From Limnothrix sp. BL-A-16 (GTDB lineage Bacteria > Cyanobacteriota > Cyanobacteriia > CACIAM-69d), in contig CP166615.1 in assembly GCA_041937175.2 (NCBI GenBank), positions 3,328,001 to 3,392,000 of the forward strand: a stretch of 64,000 nucleotides of DNA, written 5' to 3'. The translations under genes and the position numbers were made by a program. A model generated the notes under the pieces. That model was given only the letters and a program-made list of their open reading frames with translations. It was not told where the DNA came from and made no database searches. Positions 30,250 to 40,654 of the stretch are shown here, piece after piece; position 1 is the stretch's first letter, and each line of letters begins with the position of its first letter.

Positions 30250-31380
30250 TTAGGCTAAAGATAGGGACTTTTCATAAATGCGATAGGTTTTGTAGATTTT
30301 GCCGCCGGCCGCTTCGATCAGGCGGCGCGATCGGGAATTGTCCTCGTAAACCCAACCTAACTCAGAGGTGCGATAGGGTTTTCCCTTTTGTTGACAGGCT
30401 CGCAATCCCAGATAAATCAAGGCCAAGGGAACCAATTTGCGTTGATATTCCGGCAAGGAACAAATGGCAACCACCCGCCCCCGATCGATTTGCCGCCGAT
30501 ACCAAAGAAACTTCAAGGTTCCCCACCAATTCAGCTTGCCTTTCACTTCCTTGAGCGGGATGTTGTAGTCTGGCAAGCCCATAAAAAATCCCACGGCCTT
30601 ACCGTCCACTTCTGCAATTAAAACCACATCGGGATCAACCAATGGTTGGAGCGATCGCGCCTCTTCTAAAAACTCTTCTTCGGTGCGTGGGGTGGAACTC
30701 CAATTTCCTGAAAAGGCCTCAGTGAATAGACGATATAAAATCCTGGCATCTCGCTCAAAGGCTTCACCCTTGGTTTCAATGGAGCGGAAGCTCACGCCGG
30801 ATTTGGTGGCAATTTTATAGGCTTTTTCAAATTCCGTGGGCAAGGGGCGATCGAGCGGATATTCATAGGCATAGGCATCTTTGGCCTTACTGAATCCTCC
30901 TTGCTCCACCAATTCGGGATAGTAGGAAGGGTTGTAGGGCATCATCACCATCGGTGGGGAATCAAACCCATCAATCAGCATCAGACAATTATTATGAGTC
31001 GATAGATCAATGGGGCCGCGAACTTTGGTCATGCCCTGTGCTTTTAACCAAGTTTCGGCAGCCGTAAATAACCCTTGAGCCACACTGAAATCATTGATGG
31101 TTTCAAAATAGCCAAACAGCCCGATCGCTTCCCCTTCCTTTTCCACCAAGCGTTGATTCACCGTGGCCACAATCCGCCCCACCGGTTCAGGATTCAAGGC
31201 CACAAACGCTTGCAATTGGCCATAGGTGCGGAATGAATTCTCCGCTGACAATTGCCGGGCGATGCTGCTGCGAAGGGGGGCAACCCAATAGGGATCCTGG
31301 TGATAGACCCGATCGGGCACATTCAAAAACTGTTCCAAATCAGCCGGCGTATTGACGGGGCGAATTTCCAAAGCACACAT
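30250..31380 (-). CDS. GNAT-fold acyltransferase-like protein (YghO-like)
   Basis: VGRIVA, GLFGYFE, RGPI, MMPYNPSYY, LPDYN, SELGWVYEDN...KTYRIY. Confidence 0.8.
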   Translation of the reverse strand: MCALEIRPVNTPADLEQFLNVPDRVYHQDPYWVAPLRSSIARQLSAENSFRTYGQLQAFVALNPEPVGRIVATVNQRLVEKEGEAIGLFGYFETINDFSVAQGLFTAAETWLKAQGMTKVRGPIDLSTHNNCLMLIDGFDSPPMVMMPYNPSYYPELVEQGGFSKAKDAYAYEYPLDRPLPTEFEKAYKIATKSGVSFRSIETKGEAFERDARILYRLFTEAFSGNWSSTPRTEEEFLEEARSLQPLVDPDVVLIAEVDGKAVGFFMGLPDYNIPLKEVKGKLNWWGTLKFLWYRRQIDRGRVVAICSLPEYQRKLVPLALIYLGLRACQQKGKPYRTSELGWVYEDNSRSRRLIEAAGGKIYKTYRIYEKSLSLA

Positions 31381-31422
31381 AGCAGCAAGACCAGACGATG
31401 GGAACGGGCGTGAACACCGGAT

Positions 31423-32565
31423 TTAGGGCCGGCTGATTAACTTCTGCATTGTAGGCCCTGGTTTCGGGTCGAATCGCCCAGGAGAATCTAGCAAATTGGG
31501 TGAGGAACCGAGAAAATCGCGCCAGTTTTGCACGAGCGATCGCATTGGATCGCTTAACCAGTCGTCAAAGGCGGGGTAAATCGGTAACCGGGGGCGCAGT
31601 TGCCCGCCCGCTGTGGCTACCCAATGGGTGAGTTGGGCCAAGCTCGGGTGGTCATAGGTGGGGTTCACCTCATCGATCGGGCAGATTCCCCCCAGGTCGC
31701 TTGCCCCTAGCTCGATCGCCCGTTGTAGCAATTCCGCTGTCTTCAACAAATTGGGTGGTACTTGAATTGCAATCTCCGGCGGCAACAGTTCCCGAGCGAT
31801 CGCCACCGTTTCCAGCAGCACGGCCGCCGAACAGGCCTCGCCTTCCCAGGCTTGATTCAAACCAGGGCTGTGGGGTTGCACGATCACTTCCTGAATGTGG
31901 CCGTACTGGCGATGAATCTGCCCGATCGCCCGCAAGCTGTCCAGGCGATCGGCCTCAGTTTCGCCAATCCCAATTAATAGACCCGTGGTGAAGGGAATTT
32001 TTAACTCCCCCGCTTGGGCCAGTTGCGCCAACCGTCGGGATGGATCCTTGCTGGGAGCATGGCGATGGACGGTTTGGGCCAGGGCGGAACTCACCTGCTC
32101 AATCATTAAGCCCATCGAAACATTCACGGCTTTCAGATAAGCCATTTCTTCGCGATCGAGCGGCCCCACGTTGGCATGGGGCAAAAACCCTTCCAGCAGC
32201 GCTAACCGACAGAGGGACTCAATGCGCCGAATCCAGGCCGATCGCCGGGGGCTGCGGGGATGCACCTCCCCACTCAGAATCAGAATCTCGATCGGCCCGA
32301 AGACTGGGGGGCTGGCCGGGGCGATCGGAAATCGCCCTGATGGTGGTTTGTAACAATCTCGCAATGGATTGGTGAGTGATCGAAGCTTAACCGTTGCTTC
32401 CGCCAGGCCCAGCCAGCGATCGGCCCCCGGCTCCACTCGAAAATTACAGTACTGACAGCGGTTGAAACATTCATAGGTGGGAACCAGCGTGTAGGCAGCG
32501 CTGTAGGTGACCAGAGACCCCAAAAGCTGATGGGTACGGCAATCCGCCTCTGTGCGATCGGCCAT
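31423..32565 (-). CDS. cofG: FO synthase subunit CofG (radical SAM)
   Basis: VTYS...CFNRCQYC, PHANVG, SMGLMIE, IPFTTGLLIGIGET, IQVPPNL, DLGGI. Confidence 0.93.
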   Translation of the reverse strand: MADRTEADCRTHQLLGSLVTYSAAYTLVPTYECFNRCQYCNFRVEPGADRWLGLAEATVKLRSLTNPLRDCYKPPSGRFPIAPASPPVFGPIEILILSGEVHPRSPRRSAWIRRIESLCRLALLEGFLPHANVGPLDREEMAYLKAVNVSMGLMIEQVSSALAQTVHRHAPSKDPSRRLAQLAQAGELKIPFTTGLLIGIGETEADRLDSLRAIGQIHRQYGHIQEVIVQPHSPGLNQAWEGEACSAAVLLETVAIARELLPPEIAIQVPPNLLKTAELLQRAIELGASDLGGICPIDEVNPTYDHPSLAQLTHWVATAGGQLRPRLPIYPAFDDWLSDPMRSLVQNWRDFLGSSPNLLDSPGRFDPKPGPTMQKLISRP

Positions 32566-32624
32566 GGCCCTTGACCTCAAACGTTAAAGAAAATGGAATT
32601 TGTGTAAATCATCGTCAAAACCTC

Positions 32625-32653
32625 TTTACAAAACTAAACACAGCGGTTAATCT
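32625..32653 (+). promoter_or_regulatory. Probable psbA promoter
   Basis: TTTACA, 17-nt spacer, TAATCT, about 60 nt upstream of the ATG. Confidence 0.6.
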
Positions 32654-32713
32654 ATATTCACGTGGGAAACAAAACCCGCCAAATCATTCTTCTACAAAGC
32701 AATTCATCCAACC

Positions 32714-33796
32714 ATGACTGCAACCCTGCAACAGCGCCAAGGCGCTTCCGTGTGGGATCAGTTCTGCGAGTGGGTAACCAGCACCAACAACCGCCTGTAC
32801 GTGGGCTGGTTCGGTGTCCTGATGATCCCCACCCTGCTGGCTGCCACCATCTGCTACGTTATCGCTTTCATCGGCGCTCCCCCGGTTGACATCGACGGCA
32901 TCCGCGAACCCGTGGCTGGTTCGCTGCTGTACGGGAACAACATCATCTCCGGTGCTGTGATCCCCTCGTCGAACGCCATCGGTTTGCACTTCTACCCCAT
33001 CTGGGAAGCTGCTTCCTTGGATGAGTGGCTGTACAACGGCGGTCCTTACCAACTGGTTGTGTTCCACTTCCTGATCGGCGTGTTCTGCTACATGGGCCGT
33101 GAGTGGGAACTGAGCTACCGCCTCGGTATGCGTCCTTGGATCTGCGTGGCTTACAGCGCTCCTGTGGCTGCTGCTACCGCTGTGTTCCTGATCTACCCGA
33201 TCGGTCAAGGTTCGTTCTCTGACGGTATGCCTTTGGGCATCTCGGGCACCTTCAACTTCATGTTGGTGTTCCAAGCTGAGCACAACATTCTGATGCACCC
33301 CTTCCACATGTTGGGCGTTGCCGGTGTGTTCGGTGGCTCGCTGTTCTCCGCAATGCACGGTTCCTTGGTGACCAGCTCGCTGGTTAAGGAAACCACCGAA
33401 GTTGAGTCGCAAAACTACGGCTACAAGTTCGGTCAAGAGGAAGAAACCTACAACATCGTTGCAGCCCACGGCTACTTCGGTCGCTTGATCTTCCAATACG
33501 CTTCGTTCAACAACAGCCGCTCGCTGCACTTCTTCTTGGGTGCTTGGCCGGTTGTGGGCATCTGGTTCACCGCCCTGGGCGTGAGCACGATGGCGTTCAA
33601 CCTGAACGGCTTCAACTTCAACCAATCGGTTGTTGATTCGCAAGGTCACGTGATCGGCACCTGGGCTGATGTGATTAACCGCGCCAACCTGGGTATGGAA
33701 GTGATGCACGAGCGTAATGCTCACAACTTCCCGCTGGATCTGGCTGCTGGTGAAGCTGCTCCCGTAGCTCTGCAAGCTCCCGCAATCAACGGCTAA
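32714..33796 (+). CDS. psbA: Photosystem II D1 protein (Glu130 form)
   Basis: 360 aa, canonical D1 ([31 protein letters not shown]). Confidence 0.99.
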   Translation: MTATLQQRQGASVWDQFCEWVTSTNNRLYVGWFGVLMIPTLLAATICYVIAFIGAPPVDIDGIREPVAGSLLYGNNIISGAVIPSSNAIGLHFYPIWEAASLDEWLYNGGPYQLVVFHFLIGVFCYMGREWELSYRLGMRPWICVAYSAPVAAATAVFLIYPIGQGSFSDGMPLGISGTFNFMLVFQAEHNILMHPFHMLGVAGVFGGSLFSAMHGSLVTSSLVKETTEVESQNYGYKFGQEEETYNIVAAHGYFGRLIFQYASFNNSRSLHFFLGAWPVVGIWFTALGVSTMAFNLNGFNFNQSVVDSQGHVIGTWADVINRANLGMEVMHERNAHNFPLDLAAGEAAPVALQAPAING

Positions 33797-33852
33797 TTCT
33801 GAAGATTGTGAGTGCCTGCTAGCCTGAGCAAGTCAGTCTAAGCGACACAGTG

Positions 33853-33885
33853 GAGGGGGGACGATCTTGAATCGTCTCCCCTCTT
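33853..33885 (+). terminator. Stem-loop downstream of psbA
   Basis: GAGGGGGGACGAT-CTTGA-ATCGTCTCCCCTC. Confidence 0.75.
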
Positions 33886-34034
33886 GCTATTGATGAGCTG
33901 GCGTAACTTATGCGGGCAGTTGCACGCTAGATCCAGAACGGTTGAATCGCCCGATAATTAGGTTATGGGTACTGGGTTTGAGGCCGGCTCCCGGGGAATT
34001 CGCAGGAATTCAAGATTTGAGGAATTCAAGGTTT

Positions 34035-35330
34035 ATGTTGCTCGATCGCCCAGAAATGCATAGCGAATCTGACGTGGCGGTGGCGGAAGCGAAAGCGGCG
34101 ACAATTCCCACCTATGACGTAGCGATCGTTGGGGGTGGGATTGTGGGGCTGGTGGTGGCCTGTGGGTTGCGCCAAACGGGGTTGAAAGTGGCCATCATTG
34201 AAGCCCTAACCCAAGCCACGGCAGCAAAACAAGCCCAGGCCTATGCCTTTTCCCTGTCTTCGGCCAAAATCTTCCAGGGATTGGGCCTGTGGGATCAGGT
34301 GCGATCGAGCCTGGAACCCTTCCGGCGGATTCGGCTTTCCGATTGTGATTGGCCCGATGTGGTGGAATTCTGGCCCCAGGATGCGGGAATGCAGACGGAA
34401 CTGGGCTATGTGGCGGCCCACAATACCCTGCTAGAAGCCTTGCAAGGGGCAGTGAATCGATCGCCCCATTGCACTTGGATTGGCCCGGCCACGGCCACCG
34501 TTTTGGACTATGGGGCCGATTGGGCTGAGTTGGTGATTGCGCCCAATGGCGAGGGGGTGACGGTTCCGTCGCGACTGCGGGCCAAGTTGGTGGTGGCGGC
34601 AGATGGTGCCCGATCGCCCCTGCGAGAAGCGGCTGGCATTCCCAGGCGTGGCTGGGCCTATTGGCAATCCTGTATTGTGGCCGCCGTCAAGGCTGAACAG
34701 CATCACCAAAACATTGCCTACGAACGGTTTCAGACCAGCGGCCCCTTCGCCATTTTGCCCTTGGGGGATGTGTGTCGTTTGGTGTGGACGGCTCCCCACG
34801 CGGAAGCCCAAGCGATGTTGGCGTTGGATGATCAAGCATTTTTGCGGGCCCTGAGCCAACGGTTTGGCCCCCAAATGGGGCCATTGGAATTGGTGGGCGG
34901 TCGCTATCTGTTTCCGGTGCGGTTGATGCAGTGCGATCGCTACGTGGGACATCGGTTGGCCCTGGCGGGGGATGCGGCCCACTGTTGCCATCCAGTGGGG
35001 GGACAAGGTTTAAACATGGGCATTCGCGACGCGGCGGCCCTGGTGGATGTGATCCAAGGGGCGATCGCCCGGGGTGAAGACTTTGGGCAAGTGGCGGTGT
35101 TGCAGCGCTACGATCGCTGGCGGCGTTGGGGCAATTGGGTGATCCTGGCGTTCACAGATTTGCTCGATCGACTCTTTTCCACCCAACTGTGGCCCGTGGT
35201 TTGGGTGCGGCGGCTGGGCTTGGCTGCCCTCAAGCGGGTTCCACCCCTGAAGTCCCTGGCCTTGAAGCTGATGACGGGACTGCTGGGAAAGATGCCGAGC
35301 TTGGGCCGCCTGGCGGATTCTAACCCTTGA
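34035..35330 (+). CDS. FAD-dependent hydroxylase, UbiH/Coq6 family
   Basis: DVAIVGGGIVG, AADGARS, GDAAHCCHPVGGQGLNMGIRD. Confidence 0.92.
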   Translation: MLLDRPEMHSESDVAVAEAKAATIPTYDVAIVGGGIVGLVVACGLRQTGLKVAIIEALTQATAAKQAQAYAFSLSSAKIFQGLGLWDQVRSSLEPFRRIRLSDCDWPDVVEFWPQDAGMQTELGYVAAHNTLLEALQGAVNRSPHCTWIGPATATVLDYGADWAELVIAPNGEGVTVPSRLRAKLVVAADGARSPLREAAGIPRRGWAYWQSCIVAAVKAEQHHQNIAYERFQTSGPFAILPLGDVCRLVWTAPHAEAQAMLALDDQAFLRALSQRFGPQMGPLELVGGRYLFPVRLMQCDRYVGHRLALAGDAAHCCHPVGGQGLNMGIRDAAALVDVIQGAIARGEDFGQVAVLQRYDRWRRWGNWVILAFTDLLDRLFSTQLWPVVWVRRLGLAALKRVPPLKSLALKLMTGLLGKMPSLGRLADSNP

Positions 35331-35395
35331 GTGTTGGGCGATCGCCCTGCGTCAATGGGCGATCGCAAATTGGCCGATCGTAGATTGGCAAGCGG

Positions 35396-36133
35396 CTAGC
35401 CTAACCAGGCGGCCGGTGCGGGCCGAGTGCTCGATCGACCGGCGGGCCGCACCTCGTAAAGCTTGCCCTCATTCAGTTGCAAAACTCGGTGATGACTGCG
35501 CCGCACCCACAACTCATCATGGGTTGTGACGATCGTGGTTGCTCCCAATTCGTTGAGCCGCTCCAGGATCGCAATGATCTGTTGGGAGTTGTCGCCGTCG
35601 AGGTTACCGGTGGGTTCATCGGCCAAAATTAAGGGGGGCGTGCTGACAATGGCCCGGGCAATGCTGGCCCGCTGCTGTTCGCCGCCGGAAAGCTGTTCGG
35701 GGAAGTGGTCTGCCTTGGGCAGCAGCCCCACCAACCGCAGGGCGGGCGTGAGACGACGGCGAATTTCCGCCTGAGGATAGCCCTGGGCCAACAAAACGAA
35801 GGCAATATTTTCAGCTACGGTGCGGCGGGGAATGAGTTTGTAATCTTGAAAAACAATGCCAATTTTGCGCCGCAGGAGCGCCAGTTGATTGCGATTGAGG
35901 TCGCTAACCCGTTGCCCATCGATGATCACTTCGCCCCGATCGACCAGTTCTTCGCCATAGAGCAGCTTCAGCAGGGTAGACTTGCCCGCGCCAGAGGGGC
36001 CCGTAATCATCAAAAATTCACCGCGATCGACCCGTAAATTAGCCCCCAACAGGCCGCGCTGACTGCGGTTATAGATTTTCACCACCTCGCGCAGTTGCAC
36101 GATCGCCGCCGCATTCGACCTCACACCAGCCAT
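35396..36133 (-). CDS. ftsE: Cell-division ABC ATPase FtsE
   Basis: GPSGAGKST, LRRKIGIVFQDYKL, LSGGEQQR, ADEPTGNLD. Confidence 0.92.
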   Translation of the reverse strand: MAGVRSNAAAIVQLREVVKIYNRSQRGLLGANLRVDRGEFLMITGPSGAGKSTLLKLLYGEELVDRGEVIIDGQRVSDLNRNQLALLRRKIGIVFQDYKLIPRRTVAENIAFVLLAQGYPQAEIRRRLTPALRLVGLLPKADHFPEQLSGGEQQRASIARAIVSTPPLILADEPTGNLDGDNSQQIIAILERLNELGATTIVTTHDELWVRRSHHRVLQLNEGKLYEVRPAGRSSTRPAPAAWLG

Positions 36134-36264
36134 GGCCGTTCTGTCCTCGGTTGAGGGTGGGGGTCATGAGGATTCCAAGCTTTGGCCACCGGGCCTGGGC
36201 CACCGGGTTCACAACCGCCTGAATCGATCGCCCTGTTCCACCCAATTGTTCGTTCTTGTTCGTT

Positions 36265-37899
36265 ATGAGTTTAACCGCCGATCTCCTTTCCACCATCCCC
36301 GGCCAACCGTTGGCGGGTTTAGCGCGAGCCGATCGCCTGTGGCAACAACTCCGGGGGCTGGATGATCAGGGGGTTACACCCCCCATTTCAGTAATTTACG
36401 AATCTTCACAGAACCTGGCGGCCGATCCTGCCAACTCGCCGCCGGCCGATGCCCTCACGGTTGATTTGGTAGTGCTGGGGGGGACTTTGGGGATTGTGAT
36501 GGCCACGGCCCTAGCCCAGTCCGGTTGGCGCGTGGCGTTGATGGAACGGGGGCAACTGCAAGGGCGAGATCAGGAATGGAATATTTCCCGATCGGAATTG
36601 GCCGTTTTGGTGGAACGGGGTCTGTTGACGGCGGCGGAACTGGAGCGGGCGATCGTCTCGGAATTTAACCCCGTGCGGATTGCCTTTGCGGGCGGCCAGG
36701 AGCGATGGGTGCGGGATGTGTTGAACTTGGGAGTCAGTCCCGCCATCTTGATTTCGCAATTGCGGCAGAAATTCCTAGCGGCCGGGGGCATCCTGCTGGA
36801 ACAAACCCAGTTTGTTTCCCTGACCTTGCAGCCCGATCGGGTTTGGGTGCGAGGGCGATCGCTCCTGGGCGGCCCCACCGGAGCCACCGGAGCCGGGGGC
36901 AGCGCTGCCTATGGGGATTGGGTCACCACCAATCAGGCGACGGTCACGATCGGGGCGCGGTTGGTGTTGGATGCCATGGGCCATCAGTCCCCGATCGTCC
37001 GGCAAACCCGCGGCCCCGCCAAACCCGATGGCGTTTGCTTGGTGGTGGGCACTTGCGCCACTGGCTATCCCGCCAACGACAGCGCCGATCTGATTGCCAC
37101 CACCACCGGTATTCAGGACGATCGCCAATATTTTTGGGAAGCCTTCCCCGCCCAAGCGGGCCGCACCACCTATCTGTTTTGTTATGGGGATGCCCACCCC
37201 AGCCGTCCCAGCTTGCACGATTTGTTTGAAGACTACTTCCGGCTGTTGCCTGCCTACCAAAACTTGCCTTCCTTGGAGGGGTTGCAATTTCAGCGGGCCC
37301 TGTTTGGTTTTTTCCCTGCCTTTCGCCAAAGCCCTTTGCAACCAACGGTCGATCGCCTGCTATTTATCGGTGATAGCAGCGGTTTGCAATCTCCCCTCAG
37401 TTTTGGGGGCTTTGGGGCCCTGTTGCGCCACCTCGATCGGCTCTTGAACGGCATCACCAACGCCCTGCAAACCGACCAGCTCGATCGGGCCCACCTGAGC
37501 CTGTTGCTGCCCTATCAACCGAATCTTTCCGTTACCTGGCTATTTCAGCAGGCCATGCGCGTGGCTGTGGGGCAACAGTTACCGAGCGATCGAATCAATC
37601 GATTGTTGGATGCGGTGTTTGGGGAAATGGCCGCAGCGGGCGATCGGGTGCTGCGGCCCTTCCTGCAAGACGTGGTGCAATTTCCCGCCCTCTCTATTGC
37701 CCTGGCCCGTGTGGCGATCGCCCAGCCAGCCTTGGTGGCTCAGCTCATTCCCCAACTGGGCTTGCCTGCTTTGCTGGATTGGATGCGTCATTATCTCGCC
37801 TTGGGGCTATATCACGCGGGCGATCGTCTGGCCTTGCCCGCTCGCGAGTCGGTGCGATCGGCTTGGCGCTACGGTTCTGGCAACGATTGGCATTCCTAA
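36265..37899 (+). CDS. cruP: CruA/CruP-family FAD-dependent lycopene-cyclase-like protein (CruP size)
   Basis: GGTLG, GRDQEWNISRSEL, QYFWEAFP, QSPLSFGGFG, PFLQDVVQF. Confidence 0.82.
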   Translation: MSLTADLLSTIPGQPLAGLARADRLWQQLRGLDDQGVTPPISVIYESSQNLAADPANSPPADALTVDLVVLGGTLGIVMATALAQSGWRVALMERGQLQGRDQEWNISRSELAVLVERGLLTAAELERAIVSEFNPVRIAFAGGQERWVRDVLNLGVSPAILISQLRQKFLAAGGILLEQTQFVSLTLQPDRVWVRGRSLLGGPTGATGAGGSAAYGDWVTTNQATVTIGARLVLDAMGHQSPIVRQTRGPAKPDGVCLVVGTCATGYPANDSADLIATTTGIQDDRQYFWEAFPAQAGRTTYLFCYGDAHPSRPSLHDLFEDYFRLLPAYQNLPSLEGLQFQRALFGFFPAFRQSPLQPTVDRLLFIGDSSGLQSPLSFGGFGALLRHLDRLLNGITNALQTDQLDRAHLSLLLPYQPNLSVTWLFQQAMRVAVGQQLPSDRINRLLDAVFGEMAAAGDRVLRPFLQDVVQFPALSIALARVAIAQPALVAQLIPQLGLPALLDWMRHYLALGLYHAGDRLALPARESVRSAWRYGSGNDWHS

Positions 37900-37900
37900 C

Positions 37901-37955
37901 GGCTAGTTAGTGCTTGGTTGGTTAATGCTTGGTTAGTTAACGTTTGGTTAGTTCA
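37901..37955. repeat. Short tandem repeat (~15-bp unit GGTTAGTTAATGCTT, 3-4 degenerate copies)
   Basis: Visible directly between the convergent stop codons. Confidence 0.65.
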
Positions 37956-37999
37956 TTCTGAATTGGTCAATTCTCAGGGACTGAACTGGTTGTTGAACC

Positions 38000-40402
38000 C
38001 TAGGTTTCCAGGGATTCTGAACGAGTCGCAGGAGCACGACTATCCCCACCCGCCCCGTGGGCAACCCCCGCGATCGAAATTGTGGGCTGCTTCAGGGGCA
38101 ACCGGATCATAAACGTTGTTCCTTGGTCTGGCTGTGAGCAACAGGTTAGGGAGCCATGGTGTTTTTCCACAACAATTTGGTAGCTAATCGAGAGACCAAT
38201 TCCTGTGCCTTTGCCAACAGGTTTAGTGGTAAAGAAAGGGTCAAAAATCTTCGCTTGAATGGCTGGAGGAATTCCAGAACCATTATCAGTAATGGCAATT
38301 TCTACCGTGTCTGTGTCTGTTGATGAGTTTGATAATTGGGATGAGTCAGATTTCACCAGCCTGGTTGTAATTGTCAGCCGATTGGGATTCGCTTCAATTT
38401 CCGGAAAGTCCCAACGGGCTGTTCGTTCTTCCAATGCATCGATCGCATTAGCCAATAAATTCATCAAAACTTGATTGAGCGGCCCTGGATAGCAATCCAC
38501 CAACGGAAGGTCACCCAACTGAGTTGCAACCTGAATGGCGGGTCGTTGCGAGTTGGCCTTCAAGCGGTGATTTAAAAGTGCCAAGGTACTTTCAATTCCC
38601 TCATTGATCTGAAAGGGTTGATGCATTCCTTGATCGGATCGAGAAAAGTTGCGCAACGAAAGAACCAGTTGGCGGATGCGCTCAGTGCCCAAGGTCATGG
38701 AACCAAGAATTTTACCTAGATCTTCTTCAATAAATGCCAGCTCTTCAGCATCAAACTCAGCCTCACTTTCTAAGTCGGAAAGATACTGCGATCGCACGTT
38801 TTGGGGAATGCCTTGCACGAGCGACTGATACTGATGAATCAGACTAATGAGGTCTGTTGTGTAATTTTTAATGTGATCGAGGTTGCCATAAATAAAATTC
38901 ACAGGATTATTAATTTCGTGAGCAATGCCCGCCAGCATCTGTCCGAGTCCCGACATTTTTTCACTCTGAACCAGTTGAATTTGAGCTTGCTGCAACTGAT
39001 CTAAAGCAGCCGTCCGCTCGGCTACAGTCTGCTGAAGAACTTGATTCGCTGATTCCAGAGACTGAAAAGACTGTTGAACTTGCTTAGACATTCGCTCAAA
39101 GGAGAAGGATAAAAATTCCAACTCATCCATCCTGTGGGGCGATCGACCAGATTTTGATTGCTTCAGGTCTTGCTCTGTGTTTGATTCTGAAGTGAATAAT
39201 TTCCCACTATGTTGCGTTAAGGTTGTGATCTCCAATGAAGAATAGGTCTTTGATAAATTCCCAGAGAGATTTCCATTCAAATTTCCGAGGACATAGCGAG
39301 ATTCCTTCATTGAAGAATTGCTGGAAAAATCACTAATCAATAGGTCATTGCATTTAGAAACGATGGGCTGTAGGCGACGATTAAGATATTGCACAGCAGC
39401 ATAAACTACAAAAGCCAAAACCAAAGCAGCAATGGCTGCGCCAATTAGAACTGTGCGCCAAATGGGATATTTGACAACCGATTCTGGGACAACGGCAACC
39501 GCGATCCAGTTCGTGCTAGGGACTCGTTGATAGGCTAGGAACTGCCCTTCCATATAAGCCATGCCCACGGGTCGAGACTGAAGAACCAGCCAAGCTTCGC
39601 GAAATAATGCAAAGTCATAGTAATCGGTGGTGACTTTTGTAAACTTAAAATTGGGCGGTGGAACAAGCAATTTTCCTTCTTGGCTGAAAACTGCAAAATA
39701 CCCTTCGCCACGGGTAACGGTTCTTTTTAATTTCTGAGCAAGGGCTGATATATTTACATCAGCGCCTGCAATACCCAATAGCTTGCGGCGATCATTATAA
39801 AAAGGACTATAGAATGTGGTCATTTTAATACCTGACCACTCATAAGGCTCTAGCCAAACATCACCTCGGGCTGCGATCGCCGCTTTCCAGTAGTCGCGCG
39901 TTGGATAATTATCATCGGTATAAATTTCTGAATAGCGCACATGTTGGTAAGGCGCGGGGAGGCGGTGACCCACCATGCCCGAGCTGCCTTGATCGACATA
40001 AAAATAGGGATAAAACCAAGGGCGATCGCGCACAATTTGGTAGGCATCTTGACCGAAAAAAACCGCCATGGTTAGATCCGGGCGGCTTTTGAAAAACTCA
40101 AAAATTAATTGCTTATAGGATTCAGCATCCTGAATACCAGCTTGTTGATTAGCCCTGACGGCTGAGCCGATCGCCTTAACATAGGCTTGGGAATTAGTGA
40201 GCTGTCCGTTGATGACTTGTACCTGAGCATTCAAGGTGTCTTGAATTTGGTCGATCGATTTACTCTCTAGCGATCGATAAAAAATTTCTGCCATGCTACC
40301 AATGCCCACCAGTGCTCCACCAAGAACACTCATAAAAAGGCGCGTACTGACCGATCGAACCGGCCAAGAAAATCTCAATTGATATCGATAGTCAATAGGC
40401 AT
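38000..40402 (-). CDS. Cache-domain sensor histidine kinase (paralog 1)
   Basis: TM, dCache-like (WLEPYEW, GIAGADV), TM, HAMP, AHEINNP, HATPase. Confidence 0.92.
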   Translation of the reverse strand: MPIDYRYQLRFSWPVRSVSTRLFMSVLGGALVGIGSMAEIFYRSLESKSIDQIQDTLNAQVQVINGQLTNSQAYVKAIGSAVRANQQAGIQDAESYKQLIFEFFKSRPDLTMAVFFGQDAYQIVRDRPWFYPYFYVDQGSSGMVGHRLPAPYQHVRYSEIYTDDNYPTRDYWKAAIAARGDVWLEPYEWSGIKMTTFYSPFYNDRRKLLGIAGADVNISALAQKLKRTVTRGEGYFAVFSQEGKLLVPPPNFKFTKVTTDYYDFALFREAWLVLQSRPVGMAYMEGQFLAYQRVPSTNWIAVAVVPESVVKYPIWRTVLIGAAIAALVLAFVVYAAVQYLNRRLQPIVSKCNDLLISDFSSNSSMKESRYVLGNLNGNLSGNLSKTYSSLEITTLTQHSGKLFTSESNTEQDLKQSKSGRSPHRMDELEFLSFSFERMSKQVQQSFQSLESANQVLQQTVAERTAALDQLQQAQIQLVQSEKMSGLGQMLAGIAHEINNPVNFIYGNLDHIKNYTTDLISLIHQYQSLVQGIPQNVRSQYLSDLESEAEFDAEELAFIEEDLGKILGSMTLGTERIRQLVLSLRNFSRSDQGMHQPFQINEGIESTLALLNHRLKANSQRPAIQVATQLGDLPLVDCYPGPLNQVLMNLLANAIDALEERTARWDFPEIEANPNRLTITTRLVKSDSSQLSNSSTDTDTVEIAITDNGSGIPPAIQAKIFDPFFTTKPVGKGTGIGLSISYQIVVEKHHGSLTCCSQPDQGTTFMIRLPLKQPTISIAGVAHGAGGDSRAPATRSESLET

Positions 40403-40654
40403 AGGACTAGCGTTTGCTGTTAAACCTTACCCCTGTTATATAGCGGTCTTAGGACAGAAAATCATGAGATTTCAACAATAAAACTTTACACTCTCCACAA
40501 TATTTCAGAGGTGATCATTCTGCAAAATTCCCCAAAAATCCCATGATTCCAAGGATTCAGGAGATGAGCTGTCTTGGGATGACGTAAGGAAAATTTGAGA
40601 ATTTTCAATCACTGAACCGCTTCGAGAACTCAATTCTGTCAATGACTAAGTGTG

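Noticed and set aside
32684..33775. 363-aa ORF antisense to psbA
   Set aside because: Shadow ORF arising from the strong codon bias of psbA. No recognisable motifs.
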